From IMG/VR virus record IMGVR_UViG_3300025096_003142, positions 1-60,833 of that record: a stretch of 60,833 bases of DNA, one strand, 5' to 3'. This document shows, piece by piece, positions 38,472-48,971 of the stretch. The DNA comes from a virus. Taxonomy: Duplodnaviria > Caudoviricetes. The notes below the pieces were generated by a model. The model searched no databases. It had not been told where the DNA came from and saw nothing but the letters and a program-made list of their open reading frames with translations. Position 1 is the first letter of the stretch. The number at the start of each line of letters is the position of its first letter. The position numbers were made by a program, and so were the translations under genes.

Positions 38472-39269
38472 TTAAGAATTAATATCAGTTGAGTTAAGAA
38501 GCGTATAAGTAAAGCTATTCCCATGAACGTCTTTTGCCTTATAAGCTAAATCCATCATGTCATCAAAATCATCTGGGTCTTTAAATACTTGGCATCCTGC
38601 AGAATATTTATTTATATTATTTGCTACTTTATATGCAGAGCTACGATGAATATTTATTCCATAATATCCTTCAGTGATAGTATCATTGTCATAATCATAT
38701 ACATCATCTTTATTTCCATCTCTATAAACACGAACTTTTCCAGCTCTTTGGCAAAGTGCTTTATATCTTGTTTTTCCATGACCGTCAATTTTATATACTC
38801 CATTGTATTGATCTGGAACTAATATAGCACACCCTCTTCTGTTCATCGGATGATTTATCCAATATAAACCTGGTTGAGTAGTTGCTGGCCAACAATGGAA
38901 CTTCCATTCTCCATTGATTTTATATGAAAGTGTGATATAATCATCATATTTGTTAGTTATTTTTCCGTCTTTATCTGGACTTCGAACTCCTACTAGATTA
39001 AAATTATAATCTCCATTTTCAAACCATTTATATCCTTTAGATTTAACTGCTTCTTGAATCTGATCTAGAGTATACATATGATTTTCATGCATTAGTGCTT
39101 CATATGTTTTAGGTCCTACAATTCCATCTACATCTAAACCATTTTCTTTTTGAAATTGTTTAACTGCTTTTTCTGTTTTAGTACCAAAGTCCCCATCAAC
39201 CCATATGCCTAATGCTTCTTGAATTTCTTGAACATGCTCTTTTTGATTGCTACCTATTTTAATTATCAT
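38472..39269 (-). CDS. Endolysin: PG-binding domain + YkuD/L,D-transpeptidase-like catalytic domain
   Basis: DGDFGTKTEKAVKQFQ..GLDVDGIVGPKT; GINIHRS...SAGCQV. Confidence 0.85.
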   Translation of the reverse strand: MIIKIGSNQKEHVQEIQEALGIWVDGDFGTKTEKAVKQFQKENGLDVDGIVGPKTYEALMHENHMYTLDQIQEAVKSKGYKWFENGDYNFNLVGVRSPDKDGKITNKYDDYITLSYKINGEWKFHCWPATTQPGLYWINHPMNRRGCAILVPDQYNGVYKIDGHGKTRYKALCQRAGKVRVYRDGNKDDVYDYDNDTITEGYYGINIHRSSAYKVANNINKYSAGCQVFKDPDDFDDMMDLAYKAKDVHGNSFTYTLLNSTDINS

Positions 39270-39682
39270 TATCTTTCACCTTTATGGCCATCTACTTTAT
39301 CTAGAATTTTGTTGAGTACTTCTGCATTTATTAAACCTGCAATAGATGCATTTTTAAATGCACTGATAAGTTGGAATATTATAAATGGAACAATCATTGT
39401 TTCACTTAGCCAACTAGTTCCAGCAAATGCTTGCTCAACTACTAATATAACTGCTAATATCATCCACCACACGCATAATGTACGTAATACCGATAAAGCT
39501 TTGAATGTTTTAAATCCTTCTCTTTTCATTCCAGCAACACACCCAAAAAATCCATCTAAAAGTACTACACAACATATTGCTAAGAATTGTTCGAAATTAG
39601 ACATTGTTAAATTTAAAAAATACGAACAGATAAATCCGCAAGTAGTACCAATACCTAATGAAATTAAAGCGCTTGTCTTCAT
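39269..39682 (-). CDS. putative holin
   Basis: Multiple TMs; VLLDGFFG...QLISAFKNA; adjacent to endolysin. Confidence 0.75.
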   Translation of the reverse strand: MKTSALISLGIGTTCGFICSYFLNLTMSNFEQFLAICCVVLLDGFFGCVAGMKREGFKTFKALSVLRTLCVWWMILAVILVVEQAFAGTSWLSETMIVPFIIFQLISAFKNASIAGLINAEVLNKILDKVDGHKGER

Positions 39683-39719
39683 TTTATATACTCATTCCTA
39701 GTTTATAAAGAACATTTTA

Positions 39720-39728
39720 AATAAATAT
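39720..39728 (-). promoter_or_regulatory. Motif B variant ATATTTATT upstream of lysis cassette
   Basis: Intergenic position. Confidence 0.4.
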
Positions 39729-39741
39729 AATGTAAATAAAG

Positions 39742-39915
39742 TTAATCTAGATTTTCTTTTAAAATTTTTAATACTTTTATTAATACTTCTCGTTTTTTCT
39801 TCAAATCAGCTAATACAAAACCATCCATATGATTTCTAGCTGACTTACCTGTACCTAACGTTATTGATTGGGTTATTCGCATTAATTCTTTTTCCACGTG
39901 TTCTATTATTGTCAT
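39742..39915 (-). CDS. small hypothetical protein (start MTIIEH)
   Basis: ATGA overlap at 39912-39915. Confidence 0.6.
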   Translation of the reverse strand: MTIIEHVEKELMRITQSITLGTGKSARNHMDGFVLADLKKKREVLIKVLKILKENLD

Positions 39916-40760
39916 GTAATTATATCTTTTATATAATTTAATAATTCTTTTTGTGGAATCCAACCTAATATTTCTGTTGCATCCTTATTTTCACATAATG
40001 TATCTCTAGCTTCTCCAGGCTTTGGTGGTTTGTATTCTGGGGTGATACCAAACATCTCAGCTACTTCATTTACAGAGTAGTTTTTTCCTCTACCTAATTC
40101 AAAAGCATGTCCATATGATTTATCTGTGTGCATTGCTAATAAACCATCTACAATATCATCTACGTGAGTAAAATCTCTACGTTGTTCTCCATCTCCATAT
40201 ATCTCACAAGGCAATCCTTTTTCAATATTATTAAGCCATCTACCGATTAGTGTTGTATATCCTCCTTCAGTTAATTGGTGTGGTCCATAGACATTATAGA
40301 ATCGAGCTATAGCAAATTTGAGTCCATAATTCACTTCAAACATATGCAAAACTTCTTCTCCAATCGATTTGCTGAATGTGTATGGATTACTATATAGACC
40401 TACATGGTGTGAAGATGATCCTGCATATATTAATGGAATGTCTGCATCTGCACAAATCTTTGCTATTTTCATAGTAGCCATCGCATTTGTTTCAAAATAA
40501 TCAAGTGGTCTTTCGAAAGATGGCTGTATTCTAGCTATTGCTGCTAAATGATAAACTACATCAAATTTGCTCCAGTAAGAAAAATGTTTATCTTCTAGAT
40601 ATCGTATATCTTTTGGAATGTATGTAACACCTAATATGTGATTTGATACTAAACCCGTTGAATAATTATCTATACATGTTATAGAATGGCCATCAGTAAT
40701 CAATCGTTTTATAAGATTAGTACCTATAAAACCAGCGCCTCCAGTTATTAAGATTTGCAT
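39912..40760 (-). CDS. NAD-dependent epimerase/dehydratase (extended SDR)
   Basis: GGAGFIG, HLAA, YTFSK, RFYNVYGP, GDGEQRRDF. Confidence 0.93.
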   Translation of the reverse strand: MQILITGGAGFIGTNLIKRLITDGHSITCIDNYSTGLVSNHILGVTYIPKDIRYLEDKHFSYWSKFDVVYHLAAIARIQPSFERPLDYFETNAMATMKIAKICADADIPLIYAGSSSHHVGLYSNPYTFSKSIGEEVLHMFEVNYGLKFAIARFYNVYGPHQLTEGGYTTLIGRWLNNIEKGLPCEIYGDGEQRRDFTHVDDIVDGLLAMHTDKSYGHAFELGRGKNYSVNEVAEMFGITPEYKPPKPGEARDTLCENKDATEILGWIPQKELLNYIKDIIT

Positions 40761-42007
40761 ATTATTAAATCATTTTCATATGTTTGTAAACTATTAATTG
40801 TAATTTTTAAATTACTTAATTCAAATTCTCCAGTTTCCCCACTGTCTTGTAATATTTCTGATAGTTTAGCTATTATTTCAAAATCTTGTCTAACAAATCT
40901 TGTTGCATCAATATTAACGAGTATATTATTAGGTATATGTCCATTTGCTATATAGTCTGCATTAATATTTTCAATTGGCTGAACTTTTTTTATTAAATCA
41001 AACTTAGTATTAGGTTGTTCTTTTAAAATATACCTATCAAATCTACAATCGACATAAATTGTGTCACACCAGGGCTCTAATTCTCTTAATAAATTTATAG
41101 TACAATTTTTTATTATAAAACCTATGTTATACTTTGGAGGAACAATGGGTTTCATATAATGATCATGTTTACAAAAATGTCCCCATTTACGTAAAAACTC
41201 TCTAGTAGACTTAGCATTTTGTATTAACCATTCATCTGTTTCTCTGTTTTTCATAAACACTTCACCATTAGGATTACGTTTTGCTCCGTCTGCAAATCTG
41301 CTACCTCTACATGTCATATGATAAACAAAACCTTCCCATGTTTGAACAAACTCTACTCCATTCAAATGGAAACGATTAAATATGTCCGTATCTTCTTTTG
41401 ATTGTGGAGCAAATAAAATATCATGGCCTCCTATTTGTTGAAAATCTGTTTTCCAAAATGCCCATGGTGCAAATATACCTTCTGTTGTATTAGGTGAATA
41501 ATATTTTTCTTTTGTTTTTTCTTTTAGATGTTTTAAGAGTTTATCTTCATCAAACTCCTCAGGCTCAATGCCGCAATCTAATAATACTTTTTCTGGTCCA
41601 TCCGGATGTAATGGTGGTTCAATTCTAGTAAGTGATACTATTCTACTCTCAACTATTGGCTCTTCTGGGGTACCATACATATGTTTTTCTATTGCATCTA
41701 AAGCACCAGGACATAAGTACATATCCGCATGGTAAATCATACAAATATCATTTGTAGCTACGTCATTAACTAATTTATCATATAAAATAGTATGACCTAA
41801 ACGAGTTGGTCCGATGTTTAAGATGGCTTTAAAGTGTGAATCTTTTTCCATCATGTCTTTACACCAATCCCACGTACCGTCATTTGAAAAATCATCAGCT
41901 ACACATATTTCTACTTCATGATCTCCTTGATTTTTTCTTATAGAATCATAAGACCATTTTAAATATTTAAGATTATTTCTTCCTGGTTGTATTAAACTTA
42001 TTTTCAT
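40748..42007 (-). CDS. Glycosyltransferase family 2
   Basis: ADDFSNDGT, HADM, IGGHD, EDTD, VYH. Confidence 0.87.
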   Translation of the reverse strand: MKISLIQPGRNNLKYLKWSYDSIRKNQGDHEVEICVADDFSNDGTWDWCKDMMEKDSHFKAILNIGPTRLGHTILYDKLVNDVATNDICMIYHADMYLCPGALDAIEKHMYGTPEEPIVESRIVSLTRIEPPLHPDGPEKVLLDCGIEPEEFDEDKLLKHLKEKTKEKYYSPNTTEGIFAPWAFWKTDFQQIGGHDILFAPQSKEDTDIFNRFHLNGVEFVQTWEGFVYHMTCRGSRFADGAKRNPNGEVFMKNRETDEWLIQNAKSTREFLRKWGHFCKHDHYMKPIVPPKYNIGFIIKNCTINLLRELEPWCDTIYVDCRFDRYILKEQPNTKFDLIKKVQPIENINADYIANGHIPNNILVNIDATRFVRQDFEIIAKLSEILQDSGETGEFELSNLKITINSLQTYENDLIICKS

Positions 42008-42966
42008 TATTTTAAAACTTTTTTCATTTTGTTGATAAATACTTCTTCATTGAAATATTTTATATAATTATTCTTTGCATCAATAACACATTGTTTATAA
42101 AAATCTTTGTCTGTTTTTAATCGTTTTGCTAATGTTACTGCTTTATTTAAATCAAATTTATCTATAGATAATTCTGGTTGACATAATCTTTGAGGATCTG
42201 ATTGAGCATATCCAATACATGGTATTCCCAAAAAGGCACAGTTCAAAGAAAAGGTTCCAGCTGTTACATTAGGCATTAAGTGTACAGCATATTTATATGA
42301 CGATAATATATTCATCCATTCATTAAATGTAACATGTGGTAATAAATTAATAAATTGAGATTCATTTTCTACATTCCTCATTTTTGGCACTGAAATAGGC
42401 ACATCAAATTGTAATGCAGTTATATATGAATCAAACCCACCATACCATGCATTACAATTTCCTCCGATCATTACTTTGTCTTGTTTAGGAGTATCTAATA
42501 AATGTTTAAAATTATCTTCTATAATTAATGTAGGTATTGTTTCTATTTGTTTATCTTTTCCTACCATTCCTTTAAAATAATCAAAATCTGTTACATTTTC
42601 TGTTAATATTGCATCTACTTGTTGTAATATGTTATAATGATATATTTGATGATGCAATGGCATTTGTTGATATATCTGTGCCGTTGCTTCTTGCATAAAC
42701 CAAATTTTATTTGCATATGGCCGAAGTTCTTCTACTAATTTTGGTTTATTCTCATATAAGTAGTTTCTTAATTTATCTGTTTTACTTATTAATAATATAA
42801 TATGATCATATTGTTTATCCAAATTAAAATTATAAAAACAATAATGATCTGCCTTTAAAGCACAAAACTGCGCAAATTCTGTGCGCATGTGTGGATGATC
42901 TCGTTCAACTTTATTGTTAAAAGGCAATTCTGATATAAATGCTATTTGTTTATCCATATAATTCAT
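42007..42966 (-). CDS. GT-B-like glycosyltransferase
   Basis: C-terminal TAGTFSLNCAFLGIPCIG. Confidence 0.6.
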   Translation of the reverse strand: MNYMDKQIAFISELPFNNKVERDHPHMRTEFAQFCALKADHYCFYNFNLDKQYDHIILLISKTDKLRNYLYENKPKLVEELRPYANKIWFMQEATAQIYQQMPLHHQIYHYNILQQVDAILTENVTDFDYFKGMVGKDKQIETIPTLIIEDNFKHLLDTPKQDKVMIGGNCNAWYGGFDSYITALQFDVPISVPKMRNVENESQFINLLPHVTFNEWMNILSSYKYAVHLMPNVTAGTFSLNCAFLGIPCIGYAQSDPQRLCQPELSIDKFDLNKAVTLAKRLKTDKDFYKQCVIDAKNNYIKYFNEEVFINKMKKVLK

Positions 42967-43714
42967 TGTATGCTTGTTTAATAAAATATTCAGAGTCTCG
43001 TTTTAATGGATTTGTTGGAATGGCATTAAAATGATATACCCAAGCTTGTTCATATAAATTTTGTAATGAATCACCCCACCAGGATTGTCCAAAGTTTAAT
43101 AAATTTTTACTAGACATATGATGCAAATTATATGTTGATGGAAATATTTTTAAGTCTACATTTTTACTTTGCAATAAATAATTAATTGGAGTTTGATCTG
43201 TACCTAATCCTGATTTTTGTTTTTCACAAAGTATACTTTTATGTTCTCTGTAAAAATCAATAATTTCATCAAATAAATGTTTATGAGATTCATTAACTAT
43301 CTGAAACCCGCCATTAAAGTATATTCCTCGATCTAGTTTATAGTCGTTAAATAAATCTTTATAATGACGTATCGATCGGCCTGTCCATTCCCAACAACCC
43401 AAATCTAATACTCCTACATATTTTCTTTCTGTATGTTCAAAGAAATTTGGCGTATCTGGGTGAACTATTGTATCAGAATCAACCATTAATATTTGATCAT
43501 AATTTATATTGTTATGTTCTAATATTTTAAATAAATAATATCGTTGCCATGGAATAGTCATTTCATCCCAAGTATATAACGGAGTATCCCAAACTAATAC
43601 TTCAGCATTATGTTTTTCTGCCCACGATTTCCATGATTTAATACTATATTGATATGCATGATGTCGACCGCGGCCTGCGTCAATTGCTGGTATAAATACT
43701 ATATTTTTTTTCAT
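42950..43714 (-). CDS. GT-A glycosyltransferase (GT8/GT34-like)
   Basis: VDSD, YFNGGF, DQTPINY, VYHF. Confidence 0.8.
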   Translation of the reverse strand: MKKNIVFIPAIDAGRGRHHAYQYSIKSWKSWAEKHNAEVLVWDTPLYTWDEMTIPWQRYYLFKILEHNNINYDQILMVDSDTIVHPDTPNFFEHTERKYVGVLDLGCWEWTGRSIRHYKDLFNDYKLDRGIYFNGGFQIVNESHKHLFDEIIDFYREHKSILCEKQKSGLGTDQTPINYLLQSKNVDLKIFPSTYNLHHMSSKNLLNFGQSWWGDSLQNLYEQAWVYHFNAIPTNPLKRDSEYFIKQAYNELYG

Positions 43715-43716
43715 AT

Positions 43717-44334
43717 CTATTTATTTTTTATAACAAAAAAATTTCGTTTTCCATTAAAAGTATCACTACTAGATTTATCAGGAATATTTTCCAAAATATC
43801 TAATATTTCATATTTGTTATTAATTAATGTTTTATATTCCTCAAAACTTGCAGCAAAGGGGTCCATAGGTCTTGAATTACCAATATCATCTTTTGTCCAT
43901 TCTATAAAACATAAACCTTTTTTACTTAAACAACTCATCCACGCATCTAAACATTTTTCAGGGTCATAACTATGATCAAATGAATTAGAATATATAAAAT
44001 CAACATTACCCAACCATTCATCTTTAACCTCATGAAAATCCCACTCTATTGTATTAGGATAAGTTTGTGAAGCATGATAAGCAATTTCTGTACCTATTAC
44101 TGTTATTTGTTTTTGTATTGAAGAAAAAGATTTTATGAAGATTTCTTGTTCTTTTCCATTCCTAGTCCCATGACACAATCCGAATTTAGCATCTGGGTTA
44201 TATGAATGAATATAGTTAACTAACCCTTTAATAGAATAAGCATCTACCCAACTATGTGTTTTATGTTTGGCATTATAACCTTTAATTTGAATATCTTTAT
44301 ATTCTTTGTAATCTTTAAATTTATGTATTTCCAT
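43717..44334 (-). CDS. SAM-dependent methyltransferase-like protein
   Basis: LCHGTRNG.E, VIGTEI, WDFH, DFIYSNSFDH, L...G..FIE. Confidence 0.7.
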   Translation of the reverse strand: MEIHKFKDYKEYKDIQIKGYNAKHKTHSWVDAYSIKGLVNYIHSYNPDAKFGLCHGTRNGKEQEIFIKSFSSIQKQITVIGTEIAYHASQTYPNTIEWDFHEVKDEWLGNVDFIYSNSFDHSYDPEKCLDAWMSCLSKKGLCFIEWTKDDIGNSRPMDPFAASFEEYKTLINNKYEILDILENIPDKSSSDTFNGKRNFFVIKNK

Positions 44335-44350
44335 ATTTTTTTTCCATTTG

Positions 44351-44995
44351 TTATCCTATTCCTTTCCAGGTTGCTCCATTATTAGTATAAAAATGATTAC
44401 ATTGTTGATTTATACCATCATAATAATAGTTATAACCTTTATCTATTATGTCTATTGCCCAATATCTATCTTCTTTACCTGCATATTGTTCTGGCATTGG
44501 ATGATCTAATAAAAACTGTTTATTATAAAAACAAAATGCATTATGTAAAAATTGTCGATCTTCTATTTGTGAATACATATTTTTAATACGAGTTTTTTTA
44601 AAGTGACTCCAAATATATCTTTTTGTTATTTTTTTACCTTTATATATAGGAATTTGTTGACCGAAGACAGCTACATTTTCTTTTAAGTCTGACTGTATTT
44701 GTAATAAGTCAATTTTAATAATTTGTGCATGTGCAGATAATATTAAGACAATGTTATTGGTAGCATGCTTAACACCTAAATTAATTGACTTACCTGGTGT
44801 ATAATCGTTAATAGAAATAACTTTAATTGTAGTTCTATCTTTAAATAAATTTACTGTCCGTAAAGAGTCATCAGTAGAATTATTATTCACAATTATAATT
44901 TCAGGTTTTTTAAAATGGTCTAAACATGATTGAATTGTAAATCCAATATATTTATCTTCATTTCTATTTCTAATTATTATACTAATATTATCCAT
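44351..44995 (-). CDS. Glycosyltransferase family 2
   Basis: SIIIRNRNE, NNNSTDDS, NLGV, EDRYW. Confidence 0.85.
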   Translation of the reverse strand: MDNISIIIRNRNEDKYIGFTIQSCLDHFKKPEIIIVNNNSTDDSLRTVNLFKDRTTIKVISINDYTPGKSINLGVKHATNNIVLILSAHAQIIKIDLLQIQSDLKENVAVFGQQIPIYKGKKITKRYIWSHFKKTRIKNMYSQIEDRQFLHNAFCFYNKQFLLDHPMPEQYAGKEDRYWAIDIIDKGYNYYYDGINQQCNHFYTNNGATWKGIG

Positions 44996-45788
44996 TAAAT
45001 CTCCCTGCATAATTTTTTCTAGAATCTAATTCTAAATCATTATATCCTATACCATGATCAATCATCATATCTTTAATATAAGAAATATATTCAGACAACC
45101 CAAGAAGATCTTTTGGTAATATAGCAAATTTATTGTCTCTACCAGGAAGATTATTATCAATCGTGAAATGCTTTTCAATTACTTGTGCTCCAAGTCCAAT
45201 AGCTATTTTTGCTGATTCTATTCCTTGTATATGATCACTATATCCTACATGTTTATGAATTTTCTTTAAATGTAACATTTTTGGTAAATTTGCTATAGAA
45301 TAGTTACATGGATATGTTGAAACGCAATGCATTAAATACCATTTTGCATTATCGCCGAAGAACTTAGAACTTTCATGTATTTCTGATAATACAGACGTAC
45401 CAGTAGACATAAATACAGTTTCAAAGTGTTGGCCGCAATATTTAATTAGATCATGATTTCTTGATTCAAAACTAGGTATTTTAACTTCTGTACATCCTAA
45501 CTCAATTAATAATTTAGCGTCTTGTATACTAAATACAGAAGATAGAAATTTAATTCCAATTTCATTACAATAATCTATTAGTTCAATATGATCTTGTTTT
45601 GAAAGTTCGGCTTTTTCATAAATTTCTCTTCGTCCGTCGTTATCCCAACTTCCTGGTTTAAGTCTGTCTACTGACCATGTTTGATATTTAGCGTATGTTG
45701 CTCCATTTTCTTGAGCTGCTTTAGCCATTTTTTTAGCTAATTGAATATCACCACAATGATTCCATCCTATTTCTGCTATTATTTTCAT
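44988..45788 (-). CDS. neuB: N-acetylneuraminate synthase family (NeuB/SpsE/KDN-9-P synthase), lacking C-terminal SAF domain
   Basis: IAEIGWNHCGD, KYQT, KIPS, MSTG, MHCVSTYP, GYSDH, IEKHFT. Confidence 0.9.
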   Translation of the reverse strand: MKIIAEIGWNHCGDIQLAKKMAKAAQENGATYAKYQTWSVDRLKPGSWDNDGRREIYEKAELSKQDHIELIDYCNEIGIKFLSSVFSIQDAKLLIELGCTEVKIPSFESRNHDLIKYCGQHFETVFMSTGTSVLSEIHESSKFFGDNAKWYLMHCVSTYPCNYSIANLPKMLHLKKIHKHVGYSDHIQGIESAKIAIGLGAQVIEKHFTIDNNLPGRDNKFAILPKDLLGLSEYISYIKDMMIDHGIGYNDLELDSRKNYAGRFNG

Positions 45789-45789
45789 T

Positions 45790-46332
45790 TTATTTTATTT
45801 TTAATTTTGCTTTATCTAAATCTTCTTTATAATGTATATCTGTTGCATCGTCTTTGATACATCCTATTCTTTTACTTACATGACCATTTACCAGATGATT
45901 ATATTTAAAAACTCTAACAGATCCACTTCTTTTAAAATTGGGTTCTATAGTAATAAGATCATCATAATTATTTTCAATCATATAATCCACACAATAATCG
46001 AAAGTGTGTTCTCTATCTGGATGATCTGGTTGTAAACATACTACTAAATCATATTGATCAGGGTTGTTTTCTAATATATCAATATACACATCAGTTACTT
46101 CTGCATCTTTAAGTAAATGTACTGGTCGTTCTATAAAGGTTACATTATTATCTTTTGCTATTTTTAATACTTCATCACTTTCTGAAGAAATAACGATTGT
46201 TGGTTTATATTTACTTTGTTTAGAGTAGTCAATTGAATATTCAATTAATGTTTTATTATGTATTTTTTGTAGATTTTTTCTAGGTAATCTAGTTGAATCT
46301 GTCTTTGCTGGTATAATTGCTAATATCTTCAT
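45790..46332 (-). CDS. neuA: Acylneuraminate cytidylyltransferase family (short)
   Basis: IIPAK..STRLPRKN, RP..L, LQP, DIH..EDL. Confidence 0.85.
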   Translation of the reverse strand: MKILAIIPAKTDSTRLPRKNLQKIHNKTLIEYSIDYSKQSKYKPTIVISSESDEVLKIAKDNNVTFIERPVHLLKDAEVTDVYIDILENNPDQYDLVVCLQPDHPDREHTFDYCVDYMIENNYDDLITIEPNFKRSGSVRVFKYNHLVNGHVSKRIGCIKDDATDIHYKEDLDKAKLKIK

Positions 46333-47249
46333 AATTTATTTATTGCCCATTTAAATGCTTTGGATTGTCCTTCATAAGTCATTCCTCCTACGTGAGGTGT
46401 TACGATAATATTTTCTCCCTCATTCATCGCTTTGATTATAGGTGATTTAGTTAAATCATCAAACTCATGTTCTATCACATCCGTTCCATATCCGCCTAAT
46501 TGTCCTAATTTTAATGCAGCAACTATATCAGTTTCTTGAACTATCTCACCCCTTGATGTATTTATAATATAAAGATTTTTTTTAGAAAAACCTAATAATT
46601 TCTCATTTATCATATATTTAGTTTCATCTGTAACATGTACATGTAAAGATATGACGTCAGCTTTTGAAACCATTTCTTCTAAACAATTAAATCCTTTCAT
46701 TACATATGGATCATATACCATCACTTCAGCTCCGAATGCCCTACAGTAATTGTACATCATCTTACCCAATCTTCCGTATCCAATAATTCCTATCTTAAGG
46801 TCTTTAACTTGTCTACCCATAAATTGAGTATAATCCCAATTGTATTCTGATACATGTTTCTTTCCTTCTGGAATTTTTCGTAATAAGGACATCATTAACC
46901 CAAATGCTAATTCTGATGTAGAAGGAAGTTCGTTGATAAGTTCCATATCACGAGTCAATGAATATATTTCAATATCATTTTCTTTACAATAATTAACATC
47001 TATATGATTCATACCGGTCGAACATGTATTAATTAAATTAACGCTAGTTCTTTGTAATAATTCTTTATCAATTTTAAAAGATTGTTGATTTGGATTGCAA
47101 ATTATAGTATCAATATTTTTCTTTATCAATAAAGACTTAACCATGGACTTGTCTGGGTTATTTTCTAAATAGAATGCTTCACCTTTGGATTCTACCAATT
47201 CCCTGAGTCCGGCGTGGTGAGATATGGGTGTTACAACTGCTATTTTCAT
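46329..47249 (-). CDS. D-isomer-specific 2-hydroxyacid dehydrogenase
   Basis: GIIGYGRLG, DVISLH, NTSRGEIV, TPHVGG. Confidence 0.92.
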   Translation of the reverse strand: MKIAVVTPISHHAGLRELVESKGEAFYLENNPDKSMVKSLLIKKNIDTIICNPNQQSFKIDKELLQRTSVNLINTCSTGMNHIDVNYCKENDIEIYSLTRDMELINELPSTSELAFGLMMSLLRKIPEGKKHVSEYNWDYTQFMGRQVKDLKIGIIGYGRLGKMMYNYCRAFGAEVMVYDPYVMKGFNCLEEMVSKADVISLHVHVTDETKYMINEKLLGFSKKNLYIINTSRGEIVQETDIVAALKLGQLGGYGTDVIEHEFDDLTKSPIIKAMNEGENIIVTPHVGGMTYEGQSKAFKWAINKL

Positions 47250-47272
47250 TTTTTAAGGTAGTTGGCTTTTGA

Positions 47273-48055
47273 TTATATCGATAATCTTAATGGAGGTTTA
47301 GAATATAAAATTTTTTGGTTTTTAGGAATTTTATCAATTCGTTTTTCTCTTAATGTATATGGTAAATTAAATCTTGCAAGTCTATACTTCGATTCTATAT
47401 GACGCAGTATCATTAAATGTGGGTTTATTTCGGGTTCATAGTGATATATTTCTTCACAATACCAATCCATAGCAGACACTGTTCCAATAGCTAGCGTATC
47501 ATTAATTCCGCCACCACAATTTAATCCGTCTGGTATTGCAATACAGTTATTATCTAATATTTCTTTTAGAAATTTGTGTGTCATAGATTTTTTAAATATT
47601 AATTCTGTTCTTGCTCTTATAACTAAATCATAATGTTTATTAGACTGTTTTCTTAATTCATTACATTGATATATAGAATATAATTGACAACTCAGATTAT
47701 GTGGCGACCATTTGTTTTTAAATTTTGATCCTAATCTTTTTCTTATAGCACATATTCCTGGGTTATCAATTTGGCTTTCAATTTGTACATCTGTAATAGG
47801 AATTATTTCATTAATTTCTGTTAAATACTCTGCAACTGGGTCTTTTAATTGTGGTTCGTGATTTTTATATATTGATCTATTGACTTGTTTTCCTCCACCA
47901 AGTCCCCATTTATCATCTATTATATCTTTCTCTGTTTTCCATGTATGAATGTATAAATCTAAATCTATACCATCTATATCAAATGTTTCTTTAAGGCTAT
48001 TAAAAGACTTTTTATATTCTCTTAACAATCCTGATATTAATAATGCAATTTTCAT
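47273..48055 (-). CDS. putative glycosyltransferase-like protein
   Basis: KIALLISG..R, YIHTW, YDLVIRAR, ND..AIG; context. Confidence 0.6.
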   Translation of the reverse strand: MKIALLISGLLREYKKSFNSLKETFDIDGIDLDLYIHTWKTEKDIIDDKWGLGGGKQVNRSIYKNHEPQLKDPVAEYLTEINEIIPITDVQIESQIDNPGICAIRKRLGSKFKNKWSPHNLSCQLYSIYQCNELRKQSNKHYDLVIRARTELIFKKSMTHKFLKEILDNNCIAIPDGLNCGGGINDTLAIGTVSAMDWYCEEIYHYEPEINPHLMILRHIESKYRLARFNLPYTLREKRIDKIPKNQKILYSKPPLRLSI

Positions 48056-48489
48056 TTTAGTTCTCTATATTGTTTAATATAATCACTACACACACCGTTA
48101 CAGTTTTTTAATGATCCTATATAACCTAATTCTGGTAATACGCATATACTATTATAGTATAAGATTTTTTTTGGGTAAGTCCAAATAAATTTTTTAGAGG
48201 TTAATGTAAAATCATCATCTTGATGCCAAAAATAATGAATATTTTTATATTTACTCATTTCAGATAATGCTTTGCCATTTTTAGCATGACACCATAACTT
48301 AGTATTCATTAAATAATTTACATCTATCTTATACTGAGGAGTATCATGTCCTAGCCAAAATTCGTTTTCATACCAAACGTCGATTTCTACATTATATCCT
48401 AAATATAATGCTTTTTCAATATATTCGGGGTTATTTTCCAAATTTGGATTTTTTTTATCTATGTTACCTCTATGTGATATCAATATCAT
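48052..48489 (-). CDS. GDPD/PI-PLC-like phosphodiesterase
   Basis: ISHRGN, EN, VEIDVW, LGHD, WCHAKN, CSD. Confidence 0.75.
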   Translation of the reverse strand: MILISHRGNIDKKNPNLENNPEYIEKALYLGYNVEIDVWYENEFWLGHDTPQYKIDVNYLMNTKLWCHAKNGKALSEMSKYKNIHYFWHQDDDFTLTSKKFIWTYPKKILYYNSICVLPELGYIGSLKNCNGVCSDYIKQYRELK

Positions 48490-48971
48490 CTTGACAAATT
48501 CAAATAGCATGGCTTATTATTATACATAAACTCATGGAATTGTAATTCAAAAGTTTTTCCATTTTTTGGCCAATATTTTTTAATATTTTTAAAACCACTT
48601 AAATGTTCCTTATCATCAGTTGCCCAATGTGACCAACCTAACCAATCATAATCTTTTCCTCTACCACTTGCACATAACTTAACAGGTATTTTTTCATAAT
48701 CTACATAATTTCTTATAAATTCAAAAGGCCTATACAATAAAAATGGTGTCATGGAATATAATATAGGTATCTTTCCATCCATGGCTAATCCGATACCAAC
48801 TCCCATTAATAATTGTTCTGCTGCTCCAACGTTAATAACCCTATCCGGATAATCAATTCTGAATTTATCAAAATGATTATAACCTAAATCGCCGGTAACA
48901 AATACTATATCTTCATTTTTGCCCATCTCGTTATATAATAATGGTACAAATGCTTTTCTTACTCCACTCAT
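48486..48971 (-). CDS. Transketolase pyrimidine-binding subunit (C-terminal domain absent)
   Basis: TGDLG, INVGAAEQ, RPFEFIRN, GWSHWATDD, PCYL. Confidence 0.88.
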   Translation of the reverse strand: MSGVRKAFVPLLYNEMGKNEDIVFVTGDLGYNHFDKFRIDYPDRVINVGAAEQLLMGVGIGLAMDGKIPILYSMTPFLLYRPFEFIRNYVDYEKIPVKLCASGRGKDYDWLGWSHWATDDKEHLSGFKNIKKYWPKNGKTFELQFHEFMYNNKPCYLNLSR

